Positions 24,991 to 33,722 of a stretch of DNA of 64,000 bases are shown one piece after another. The DNA lies in the IMG/VR virus record IMGVR_UViG_3300023174_000058, positions 32,001-96,000 of that record, one strand, 5' to 3'. The DNA is from a virus. A model generated the notes under the pieces. That model saw only the letters and a list, made by a program, of their open reading frames with translations. It was not told the origin of the DNA and searched no databases. Each line of letters opens with the position of its first letter. The stretch's first letter is position 1. A program made the position numbers and the translations under genes.

Positions 24991-25034
24991 AAAATGCTTT
25001 CGCCGGGGGGCTGGGCCCTCTTTTTTAAACCTTT
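24991..25034. repeat. 44-bp dyad element copy 18 (degenerate, island right edge)
   Basis: AAAA-N12-GGGGCTGGGCCC-N13-TTTT. Confidence 0.7.
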
Positions 25035-25327
25035 TATTTTATGGGGTGGGGGAGTAGGGGGTGGTGGAGAGCGGCTGCGGCTAAAGGTGCGAAACTATCT
25101 ACCATAGGGGGGAAATGTGGCATAAAGGGTGCATAACCCTCAAACAATCTCCCGGTAATTTTTTGAACTTTTTGTTCCTATATAAACAATCACCAATTCC
25201 GGTAATTTTTATACTTGTTTAAACTTGTACTTAATAAAAATGCGGGCTAGCAGCTTTTCCTGCCGTGAGCCCCCATTTTTTATATTGATGTTATGAAAAA
25301 ATTTTTTTGGGAATTTTTTTAGGATTT

Positions 25328-25909
25328 TTACTTCCTACATTCTGGTGCTCTACCCTGTACCATTTTGCTTATCTCTTTTATTTTATTTCTTGGCCCTTCT
25401 AATTTAAGCGTAGACCAATACATTCCTTTTTCTAGTGTTATGTTTTTCTTTCTTTTTATTTGGTTTGCCATTATTCCTATTCCGCATTCCAAATTATTTT
25501 TTGGGTTCAATATTGTTAAATTATATGTTTGTTCTTTCCTATCCTGTTCCCAATTAAATTCGCACCAAGTTGCCCATCTTGTATCTGTATAGGATAACTG
25601 TAATAATCCTTCTGATTGTAGTGGCAATCCTGTTACTTGATCTATTCCAAGCTGGTGTTCCGTATATTGAGATTTTGGATTCCAACCGCTTTCATAAAAT
25701 GAAATTGCTGAGATTATTTCTCCCCAAACAGTTTGTCTTTTTTCTAAATCTAGTGTTTTGTATTTTGGGCAGAACATATCTATATCTTGAGCTGTGTCTA
25801 ATACTTCCCAATGTTTTTTTATTGCCGCCATTGTTACGCCGGTCCAATATATATTTTGTGGACTTTTTGTTTCCCAAGCTAAGGTAACAGCTAATAATAA
25901 AGACAACAT
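25328..25909 (-). CDS. secreted lytic transglycosylase (SLT-like)
   Basis: signal-peptide-like N-terminus; catalytic ES (FYESGWNP), GLLQL, NPKNNLECG. Confidence 0.8.
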   Translation of the reverse strand: MLSLLLAVTLAWETKSPQNIYWTGVTMAAIKKHWEVLDTAQDIDMFCPKYKTLDLEKRQTVWGEIISAISFYESGWNPKSQYTEHQLGIDQVTGLPLQSEGLLQLSYTDTRWATWCEFNWEQDRKEQTYNLTILNPKNNLECGIGIMANQIKRKKNITLEKGMYWSTLKLEGPRNKIKEISKMVQGRAPECRK

Positions 25910-26026
25910 GGTAGTGATCTCCTCTATGACTACAACTATAGTACAGCAGTTCTTATGGCTGTTTTAAGCTCTTCTTTCTTCTTGACATCTGCTCTGTACT
26001 GTACTATTCTTTAGCTAGGAGAACCT

Positions 26027-26251
26027 ATGACAATAGATAAGTTTACTGCTTTTAAAGAAATTGTTTTTACTGCTGATAGGAATATTATGTTTAGCCGAGT
26101 AAGCAGAAAAAAGTTTGCCAATGAATTATCAAAAACTTGTGGACTTTGGGAACCAAATGTGGTATCTTTTGTTGAAGAAATGTCTGGTTTAAACTTTCAT
26201 ATCCTAGAAGATAGGAATATATTTATCCAATTTGCGGAGGTTGGCTTATGA
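26027..26251 (+). CDS. hypothetical protein
   Basis: 74 aa after TTGACA...TACTAT and AGGAG RBS. Confidence 0.65.
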   Translation: MTIDKFTAFKEIVFTADRNIMFSRVSRKKFANELSKTCGLWEPNVVSFVEEMSGLNFHILEDRNIFIQFAEVGL

Positions 26252-26372
26252 TTAATAATACTGTTGCTGCTCGTATTCTTATTGCTGGTCTTATTTGTGG
26301 ATTTTTTTGGCTTGGTGTTGCGGCTTCAAATAGCTTTATGGAACAGCAATCATATTTTGTAAAAAACAATAA

Positions 26373-26699
26373 ATGAACAATAATATTAAAGTTCCATTAA
26401 TTGCTGTATTAATTTCTGCTGTTGGAATTTTTGCTGCGCATAATTCAAAATGGATAAGGGATGGGGCATCTCCTTGGTGGACTGTTTACCTTGTTTCTAT
26501 TTGCACAAGCTCTATTTATGGTTACTTAGCTAGATATCCACTGTTCCCTCTAACATATACTAGTGCTTTTCAAACTTTCTTTTTTCATAGTTCTTGGTAT
26601 TTAACAACTATTTTTATTTTGGGCGAAAACGTTACTCGCTCTCAAGGTGTTGGTATTTTTATGATTTTTGCAGGAATGATAATGATGAGCCTTAAATAA
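26373..26699 (+). CDS. 4-TM small membrane protein (SMR/EamA-like)
   Basis: four hydrophobic segments, ending LGENVT..QGVGIFMIFAG. Confidence 0.65.
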   Translation: MNNNIKVPLIAVLISAVGIFAAHNSKWIRDGASPWWTVYLVSICTSSIYGYLARYPLFPLTYTSAFQTFFFHSSWYLTTIFILGENVTRSQGVGIFMIFAGMIMMSLK

Positions 26700-26761
26700 T
26701 ACTGATGGAATAGTGTATAGTGTTGTAATTATATTATGGCCCTATCGGGCATGGAGTTCAA

Positions 26762-26995
26762 ATGTCTCAAGTAGCACCCCCACAAGCTCGTCAAAACGTT
26801 GATTTGTCTATGGCTGTAGATATTGTTTGTGAAAGCTGTGGTTCAAAACAATTTCGTGAAGTTGCATTTATTAAAAAAGTAAGCGCTCTTGTTTCTCCAA
26901 GCGGTAAGGAAATGATTGTTCCTGTTGGAACCTTTGCATGCGCAGCCTGTAATCACGTAAACACTGAATTTGATCCATTTGCCAATCGGCAATAG
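26762..26995 (+). CDS. zinc-finger hypothetical protein
   Basis: CESCG...CAACNH. Confidence 0.75.
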   Translation: MSQVAPPQARQNVDLSMAVDIVCESCGSKQFREVAFIKKVSALVSPSGKEMIVPVGTFACAACNHVNTEFDPFANRQ

Positions 26996-27028
26996 CCGTG
27001 CTATAGTGTGCGGCAGTGAGGTAAAAAC

Positions 27029-27544
27029 ATGAAAGTTCTTGCATTGTCGCACACCTATGAGCCTCTTGGTGTTGTTAATTGGGAAAAAGCAATCACACTA
27101 TTGTGTGCTGGTAAAGTGAAAAGTCTTAGCGATTACGACCAAGAAGTACGTTCGCCAAGTACTTCTTTTCGTGTTCCATCCGTAATTGTTTTTAATCATA
27201 ATAAACGCAACAGAGTCAAGAGTGTAAGATTTTCTCGTAAGAATGTTTGGGTTCGTGATGAAGGAAAGTGTCAATATTGCATGAAGCAAGTAAACTCGCA
27301 AGAGTTTACGCTTGATCATGTTACTCCAAGAACTCGTGGTGGCACTACTGTATGGACAAATGTTGTAACTTGTTGTTACCCCTGTAATCAAAAAAAGGGT
27401 GATAAAACTCCACAACAAGCTGGTATGAAACTAATTAAACCAGTTGTAAAACCCGATTCTCTTCCGTACATTCAAGATATAGAATTTTATAATTTTGGGT
27501 CACAAATTCCAGAAAGCTGGAAATTTTGGCTAGGTGAAATATGA
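27029..27544 (+). CDS. HNH endonuclease (McrA/HNH_5-like)
   Basis: RDEGKCQYC, TLDHVTPRTRGG, WTNVVTCCYPCNQKKG. Confidence 0.9.
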   Translation: MKVLALSHTYEPLGVVNWEKAITLLCAGKVKSLSDYDQEVRSPSTSFRVPSVIVFNHNKRNRVKSVRFSRKNVWVRDEGKCQYCMKQVNSQEFTLDHVTPRTRGGTTVWTNVVTCCYPCNQKKGDKTPQQAGMKLIKPVVKPDSLPYIQDIEFYNFGSQIPESWKFWLGEI

Positions 27545-28143
27545 TAGTAACGTTTATTGACACAGAAACAACCGGTCTGGATCTTTTTAGACATGAAGTT
27601 ATTGATATTGCAGCACTACAGATTAGTGTTTCTGGCGATTCGCATATTGAAATTTCACGTTTTGAGAGCAAAATAAAACCTAAAAAAATTAATGAAGCAT
27701 CTGAAATTGCTCTTAAAATTAATGGTTATACAAATAAAAAATGGAAAGAAGCCCCACCAGCCATTTCCGTCCTGCCTTTAATTCGTTCATACGTTGAAAC
27801 AAGCGAAATCGTTGTTGGTCAAAATCTTGTTTTTGATTATCGCTTTATTAATAAAATGTTTGATGGCGAAGAAATTGCTCGCCCCAAGTGGCCTAAATAT
27901 GTTGATACTAAATGGATGGCCGAGCAATTAGTTCATGAAGGAAAATTAAAAAGATCTTCTTTAGATTTTCTTTGCGAACATTACCAGATCCCAGTTGTAG
28001 GTAGAGCGCATACTGCTCTTACAGATGTTTTGAGAACATATGAACTTTACAAAGAATTGTCTAAACAAACAGAAATCGTTTATTTAAATTTTGATAAACC
28101 ATATGACCCATACGAGAATCGAAATGACAAAGACAAACGATAA
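27541..28143 (+). CDS. DEDDh 3'-5' exonuclease (DnaQ/epsilon-like)
   Basis: DTETTG, QNLVFD, HTALTD motifs. Confidence 0.9.
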   Translation: MIVTFIDTETTGLDLFRHEVIDIAALQISVSGDSHIEISRFESKIKPKKINEASEIALKINGYTNKKWKEAPPAISVLPLIRSYVETSEIVVGQNLVFDYRFINKMFDGEEIARPKWPKYVDTKWMAEQLVHEGKLKRSSLDFLCEHYQIPVVGRAHTALTDVLRTYELYKELSKQTEIVYLNFDKPYDPYENRNDKDKR

Positions 28144-28303
28144 AAATAATGAATATGTAAAATATTTAATTGATTACAATTATAAACTTGAAAAACAAAA
28201 AATTGTCATTCGAGCTATTATGGAAGATCAAACAAAATTTTTAAAAACTTGTAAACAAAAATGGGGAGATGAATTTTATTCTGAAATAGTTGCTGATTGT
28301 TAA
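28124..28303 (+). CDS. hypothetical protein
   Basis: short ORF overlapping the exonuclease stop. Confidence 0.5.
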   Translation: MTKTNDKNNEYVKYLIDYNYKLEKQKIVIRAIMEDQTKFLKTCKQKWGDEFYSEIVADC

Positions 28304-28328
28304 CTAGTTATTTTAGGAGGGCAATAAC

Positions 28329-28472
28329 ATGAAACCCCCTGAAAAAAAGGAGCAACCCTTACAGATTCAACTAGAATTACCTGACTATTCACAAGCATAT
28401 TACGATTATATACAAAAGAAAGAAAAAGAGAAAGAGCAAGAAGAAACAATCGTAATAATTGACATTTACTAA
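28329..28472 (+). CDS. hypothetical protein (47 aa)
   Basis: MKPPEKKEQPLQIQLEL...; AGGAGG RBS. Confidence 0.55.
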   Translation: MKPPEKKEQPLQIQLELPDYSQAYYDYIQKKEKEKEQEETIVIIDIY

Positions 28473-28527
28473 CTAAAAGACTACTTATGTTAAGTGTTAA
28501 AATACTTATATAGGTAGTTTTTTTATT

Positions 28528-29289
28528 ATGCATATCAACTGTAATGATAAAAATTTTAGTCAAGAAGCGCTAAAATTAGCTTATAACCTCTATGATTTTA
28601 TGAAAAACAAGTACAAGTTTACTTGTGAACCAAAAATTTATTTTATATCTGATAATAATAATTCGCATAATATTCTTTGTAAAACGGGTTACTATGACCC
28701 ACAAGAAGAATCTGTTCATGTTTATGTGTCAAATCGCCACCCAAAAGATGTATTACGTTCATTAGCTCACGAACTTTTACATCATATTCAAGGTTGTGAA
28801 GGGATGGTTAAAGCTGACAGAGGTGATATGAATGGTGCAAGCGATCCAAATTATTTTATTCATGATAAATTTTTAAGAGAAATAGAATTAGATGCTTTTA
28901 AACGTGGCAATGATGCATTCCGCGAATGGGAAGCGCTCATTAAACAAGGGGATATTCAAATGAGTGAAACAAAACACAAGGGCAAAGAATTAAAAAAATT
29001 TAAAGAAAAACGTAGCGAAATAGCACATGCTATTCATAAAGATGATCCAAAAATGCCTATGGCAAAAAAAATGCGTATAGCTAGCGCTGCTGCTGAAAAA
29101 ACTTTAGAAGAAACTGAAGAAGGCTGGCAAGAAGAAAATTTACAAGAACAAAAAGAAGTAGAAGTTAATGAGGCTCTTAAAAACTCTCTTTATTATGTTC
29201 AAGAAGATCGACCATTGAGCCAAGCATATAATATGCGCGATGAAAAAATTTATAATGAACTTTTAAAAAAGTTTAAAATTAAAAAATAA
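28528..29289 (+). CDS. HExxH metallopeptidase-like phage protein
   Basis: RHPKDVLRSLAHELLHHIQ. Confidence 0.7.
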   Translation: MHINCNDKNFSQEALKLAYNLYDFMKNKYKFTCEPKIYFISDNNNSHNILCKTGYYDPQEESVHVYVSNRHPKDVLRSLAHELLHHIQGCEGMVKADRGDMNGASDPNYFIHDKFLREIELDAFKRGNDAFREWEALIKQGDIQMSETKHKGKELKKFKEKRSEIAHAIHKDDPKMPMAKKMRIASAAAEKTLEETEEGWQEENLQEQKEVEVNEALKNSLYYVQEDRPLSQAYNMRDEKIYNELLKKFKIKK

Positions 29290-29324
29290 GTTAGGAAAAT
29301 ATATAATGGCAAAAAAAATTGACG

Positions 29325-30370
29325 AAATGACTGCCGCTAGTGGTGGTTCTGTTGCGGGAGGCGCTTTTGGACCAGCCGGTTATGGTGTTGTACATAAAGG
29401 AAAAAGAACTGGTAATCCAAAAAGACCTTGGAAAAGATTATCTATTAAAAAAACAGATAAAAAAAGAGGAGAAATGGTTCCAATGGAAACCCAAGCAGAG
29501 TCTATTTTAAGAGAAACTATTCGTCAATTAGTATTTTTAAATAAAGTAAAGTTTTATGAAGAACAAGCGAAATTAGGTATTCAAGAAAGCAAACTAAGAT
29601 ATATTATTCGTAGTCTTTTAGCCGAAGCTAAAACAGATGATGTAATTTATGATACAACCGGACAAAATGTCGGCAAGGATGCGATGGGTTATTTTAACGT
29701 TGCGTTACAACGTATAAAAGAACTTCAATCAAGCGAAGAACAACAAAGAAGTTACGCAAAATTTTATATTGATGCATTGCGAGCAGCGTTTGATTTAGCT
29801 GACAAACAAGAAGCATTGCTGTCACAATCACAACCAGCCAGCGGTGGAGTTCCACAAACAACAGCGCCAGCTGCTAAACGTCAAGACATGGATGAGCAAG
29901 AAGGCGAAGAATTAGAAACACCAGAAGCAGAAACTACAGGGGAAGAAACTGAATCAGAAGCAACAGCTCCTGCAATGGATGAAAAAGAAAAACAAAAACT
30001 TATCCAACAAGCAATGGAAAAAACCGCTGAAGCATCAATCGCTGGGGTCGAAGCAAACTTGGGCGACATGAAAGATAAAACTGGTATTGATTTTGCCCGT
30101 AAGGATGTCGAAACAGCTATTCCACAAGTCCTAGCTCTATATCCTCCATTAAGTGGCGAAAATATTTCTGTTACAGATAAAAAAGGTCAAACAAGACAAA
30201 CAACGGATAAAAAAGATTTCAAAGATTTCGTTCTTGGCAATCTTGAATTACAATTTGATAATGCAATTAAAACCTCAAGATTGCCAAAAGCAGCTGCCGC
30301 TTCACAAGCCGCCCCGTCGCCAGAAGCGCAACAAGTAGCAGCTGCGGCAATGCCAGAGCCAACAGTATAG
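29325..30370 (+). CDS. hypothetical Ala/Glu-rich protein, possibly virion-internal
   Basis: ORF-track start is 29306 (MAKKIDE); low-complexity acidic linker. Confidence 0.6.
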
Positions 30371-30379
30371 GAGTTTATT

Positions 30380-30619
30380 ATGAACGCACACATGAGAAGA
30401 AAATTAGCAAAGCTAGAACTTATTAGAAAATCACAACAACCTAAAATAGAAGAGCTAAAAATTGAAGAAAAAGTTACAGCATTAGAGCCAGCTGTAGAAC
30501 CTGTTAAGGTTGAAGAAGTTAAGGCTATTGAGGAAGTGGCAGCCACACCAGTTGTAGTTGAAGAGGCACCAGTGGCAGCACCTGTTGTATCATCAGGCAA
30601 GAAAAAGAAAAGTATTTAA
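30380..30619 (+). CDS. low-complexity Glu/Val/Pro-rich protein
   Basis: 79 aa; AGGAG RBS. Confidence 0.65.
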   Translation: MNAHMRRKLAKLELIRKSQQPKIEELKIEEKVTALEPAVEPVKVEEVKAIEEVAATPVVVEEAPVAAPVVSSGKKKKSI

Positions 30620-30649
30620 AAATAGTTAGGCTTGTAATATACTCTTTTT

Positions 30650-31006
30650 ATGAGAACAATATATCAAGAGCAAGCCGATGAAATTGGTAATATCGTTTCA
30701 CAAAAAAATGCTGCGTACGGATCTGCTTTTTCAGAAGCGCATCATATATTAAAAGTTCTTTATCCTAACGGAATAAGACCTGAACAATATACTGATGCGC
30801 TTGCTATTATTAGAGTAGTTGATAAACTATTCCGTATTGCTACAAAAAAGGATGCATTTGGCGAAAATCCTTGGAAAGATATTGCCGGTTACGCTATACT
30901 AGGAGTCGTGAATGGAATCACGAAAGCAAGTAAACCCGAATCGTTATCTACAGATAACAACGAAAAGGTGGTCGAGCCTCCTAAAAAAGCTAAGAAAAGA
31001 AAATAA
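30650..31006 (+). CDS. DUF1599-like (nucleotide-modification-associated) protein
   Basis: KNAAYGSAF, RVVDKLFRI, WKDIAGYAIL. Confidence 0.65.
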   Translation: MRTIYQEQADEIGNIVSQKNAAYGSAFSEAHHILKVLYPNGIRPEQYTDALAIIRVVDKLFRIATKKDAFGENPWKDIAGYAILGVVNGITKASKPESLSTDNNEKVVEPPKKAKKRK

Positions 31007-31328
31007 AATAAATGAAGAGTTTGAAATCCTATTAGGAAATTTAACTCTTGAAGAAATTATAGCAATTAAATTAGAATTAAGTAGTAAAACACAAGGAAGT
31101 CCGCTTTACGGTTTACCACTTTGGCATTCGCTAAACAATATAGTACAGGATGCTGTACTAAAGTTCGCTATCTCTACTACTTATACAAGCAGTGAAGCGG
31201 CAAGATACTTAGGGTTAGATCAAGCAAATTTATATCCGCTTATTAAAAAATTTCATATTTTAGATTATTTTGGTAAGAAATATAAAAAGAAATGGTTAGA
31301 TAAAAATTTAAGTAAAGAAAAAAATTAA
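30912..31328 (+). CDS. protein with Fis-like helix-turn-helix
   Basis: SEAARYLGLDQANLYPLIKKF. Confidence 0.6.
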   Translation: MESRKQVNPNRYLQITTKRWSSLLKKLRKENKINEEFEILLGNLTLEEIIAIKLELSSKTQGSPLYGLPLWHSLNNIVQDAVLKFAISTTYTSSEAARYLGLDQANLYPLIKKFHILDYFGKKYKKKWLDKNLSKEKN

Positions 31329-31329
31329 T

Positions 31330-31405
31330 GCATTCGTAGCACAATCGGTAGTGCAGCTGTTTTGTAATCAGCAGGTTGTAGGTTCAATTCCTATCGAATG
31401 CTCCA
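31330..31405 (+). tRNA. tRNA-Thr(UGU)
   Basis: cloverleaf, loop TTTGTAA, GGTTCAATTCC, CCA. Confidence 0.9.
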
Positions 31406-31407
31406 AA

Positions 31408-31962
31408 TTAAGCAGCGGCTTCTTCGGAGGTCGCTGTTTTTATTTTCCATTTACCGTCTTTGTTTAAAAAGTGTTCTTCCATGTGACAGTTTGGACAAAG
31501 AATTAATAAATTTTCTATTGTATTATTTTCTCTATTTCTATCTTGGTGATGGACTTCTAATATTTCTGGATGTTTATTGTAGGAACAGCGTTCGCATTTA
31601 CGTTCTTTTGAGCGAAAAGCAATTTCACGATAATGAGAATCCCCAGAGCCATAATGCGCTGGTTGTAAATCTTTTAATCCAAATTCAATTCTTTGAGCAA
31701 GATCTTTATGTTCTCTACAACAAAAATGTAAATTTTTTTTAGAATTTTGTTTTTGAGAACTGTTTTTATAAAACATTTTTTTACAATAAGAGCATTCTGT
31801 GTTGGGAATATTTAAAATAGCGCTTCTTTCCAGTAATTTATTTTTTACACCTTCTGCACTACATTTTTTTGAACAATATTTTCCATTGCCTCTATTTACT
31901 TCACGTAATTGTGCTTGAAAAAAGTTCTTACAATTCTGACAAGTTTGTGTTATAGTTTTCAT
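31408..31962 (-). CDS. HNH endonuclease between tRNA genes
   Basis: Cys-rich repeats; LEVHHQDRNRENN..NLLILCPNCH; AGGAG RBS before ATG 31962. Confidence 0.85.
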   Translation of the reverse strand: MKTITQTCQNCKNFFQAQLREVNRGNGKYCSKKCSAEGVKNKLLERSAILNIPNTECSYCKKMFYKNSSQKQNSKKNLHFCCREHKDLAQRIEFGLKDLQPAHYGSGDSHYREIAFRSKERKCERCSYNKHPEILEVHHQDRNRENNTIENLLILCPNCHMEEHFLNKDGKWKIKTATSEEAAA

Positions 31963-31977
31963 GTTTTCTCCTTTAAT

Positions 31978-32055
31978 GGGGCTTGGGATTGCATAGTGTG
32001 ATCGCCTGCTTTGCAAGCAGGAACCAGCAGGGGGCGGTACCCTGAAGCTCCACCA
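31978..32055 (+). tRNA. tRNA-Ala(UGC), non-canonical D and T loops
   Basis: GGGGCTT/AAGCTCC acceptor with G3:U70; CCTGC-TTTGCAA-GCAGG; ACCA end. Confidence 0.8.
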
Positions 32056-32189
32056 ACTAACTAGTGTATACTACCATATTTGCACCAAAGTTTTTAGTAT
32101 CCACCAAATTGCACGTTGCAAACGTGTCGTGACAATGAAAAGCCGACGCAACGATATGGCGTCCCCGTAAAGAGGTAAGCGGGATTTTT

Positions 32190-32279
32190 AGAGGGTTGTG
32201 TGAGCGGTTGAAACAGCCAGACTTGAAATCTGGTATACCTTTACGGGTATCGGGGGTTCAAATCCCTCACCCTCTGCCA
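32190..32279 (+). tRNA. tRNA-Ser(UGA)
   Basis: CCAGA-CTTGAAA-TCTGG, long variable arm, GCCA end. Confidence 0.92.
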
Positions 32280-32366
32280 ATTTTAAAGTTTAAAAACCGT
32301 TAATAGCTATGGTAAAGTAGTTGTTAACGGTACTTTTTTGCGTCTGGAACAGACGAAGGAGCAAAA

Positions 32367-32612
32367 ATGAGTGAACTTTGGAAGAACGAAAGATACTTTT
32401 CTACATTTGAAGAAGCAGATGCACTAAGAAAATCATTACTCGGTGGGCCAAACGGCGCACTGCTACAAGTAAAAATCAAACGTTGTGGACTTGGCGGCTC
32501 GCAGTATGTTGTAAAATCACGCCAAACCCCAGAGCTAAAGGCTGCTGTTGAACAAGTTGAGCAACAATTAGCTGCTACGAAAGAAAAAAAAGAGAAGAAA
32601 GCTAAGAAATAG
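32367..32612 (+). CDS. hypothetical protein
   Basis: 81 aa; AAGGAG RBS. Confidence 0.7.
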   Translation: MSELWKNERYFSTFEEADALRKSLLGGPNGALLQVKIKRCGLGGSQYVVKSRQTPELKAAVEQVEQQLAATKEKKEKKAKK

Positions 32613-32621
32613 AGGCATAAA

Positions 32622-33224
32622 ATGTATAGGCTTTCGGCTCAAATCGAAAATAAACCAATTAAGCTTGATGATGACAGTGAATCATCCTCTGTTGAGAGCA
32701 GCGGAAGCAGAATTTTCTTTTATAGTGATGTAACAAAAGATTCTATTCTTGCTTTAAATAAAGAAATCCGCGCAGTCTCTAATAGTTTACAAAACATTTC
32801 TCAAGTTTATGAGATTCCAGCCCCACCACTAAGATTGCATATCAATAGTTATGGTGGCTCATTGCTTGATTGCTTTTCAACAGTAGACTATATTCGTAAT
32901 AGCAAGACGCCAATTCATACAATCATTGAAGGTAGCGCAGCTAGCGCAGCAACAATTATCAGTGTGGTTGGTCATCGTAGATACATTCACAAGCACTCTT
33001 ACATGTTGATACACCAATTATCAACTGGCCTGTGGGGTAAATACGAAGAACTTGTTGATGATTTTAAAAATTCAACTGCTTTTATGGAACAAATACAAAG
33101 CATTTACAAATCGCACACTAAGATTCCGCCAAAAACTTTAAAAGAAATTTTAAAACGTGATCTTTGGTTCGACTCAGCAACCTGTCTCAAGTATGGCCTT
33201 GTAGACGAAATTATAGGAGAATAA
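32622..33224 (+). CDS. clpP: ClpP-like protease proteolytic subunit
   Basis: HINSYGGS, AASAAT (catalytic Ser), MLIHQ, RDLWF...YGLVDEI. Confidence 0.88.
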   Translation: MYRLSAQIENKPIKLDDDSESSSVESSGSRIFFYSDVTKDSILALNKEIRAVSNSLQNISQVYEIPAPPLRLHINSYGGSLLDCFSTVDYIRNSKTPIHTIIEGSAASAATIISVVGHRRYIHKHSYMLIHQLSTGLWGKYEELVDDFKNSTAFMEQIQSIYKSHTKIPPKTLKEILKRDLWFDSATCLKYGLVDEIIGE

Positions 33225-33225
33225 A

Positions 33226-33459
33226 ATGAAAACTGTATTTGCTGCACTAATCGCACTATCACTAACCGCCTGTGGAAAGAAAGTAGAAAGCGTACCGGGA
33301 CCAGTAAATCCACAAATTACTGACGCTGTAACTCAAACCCCAACCCCAGTTGTCGCCGCTGATGCCGGTGTTGTTGCCCCAACTACTGCTGTTGTGCAAG
33401 ACCCAGCCCCAAAACCAGTAGAAGTACCAGCCGTACAAAGCGTTCCAGAAACTAAGTAA
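33226..33459 (+). CDS. putative lipoprotein
   Basis: lipobox LTAC followed by a Pro/Val/Thr-rich tail. Confidence 0.7.
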   Translation: MKTVFAALIALSLTACGKKVESVPGPVNPQITDAVTQTPTPVVAADAGVVAPTTAVVQDPAPKPVEVPAVQSVPETK

Positions 33460-33461
33460 AA

Positions 33462-33656
33462 ATGATCCCCTGTGAAGTTTGCGGTGAAGAATTTCCATCT
33501 GCAATAAAAGTAATCACCGACGATGAAATTTTTATTTGTTGCTCCGATTGCAAAAAGCAGATTGATGATTTTAACACCGCAAACTCCATAGGTAATTCTT
33601 TAAAAGATATTATTGATAAAGTATTTGAGAAGAAAAATAAAGATGAGTTGCAATGA
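33462..33656 (+). CDS. small Cys-rich protein
   Basis: CEVC...CCSDC. Confidence 0.6.
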   Translation: MIPCEVCGEEFPSAIKVITDDEIFICCSDCKKQIDDFNTANSIGNSLKDIIDKVFEKKNKDELQ

Positions 33657-33722
33657 TGTAGGAATTATGTTATTCTTGGCTTGTTCGGTTCTATTTATTC
33701 TTTTGCGACAAAAAGACGACTA

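Noticed and set aside
8501-25034. Palindromic repeats read as a CRISPR array
   Set aside because: Intervals are mostly 0.4-2.7 kb and contain genes; only the 12-bp core and A/T arms are conserved; no cas operon.
8501-25034. Classical integron attC cassette array
   Set aside because: No RYYYAAC...GTTRRRY ends or long bottom-strand hairpin; cassettes have their own promoters and both orientations; no IntI visible.
25236-25260. GGGCTAGC at 25244 as a 19th element
   Set aside because: Right half of the core and the 12-bp arm spacing do not fit.
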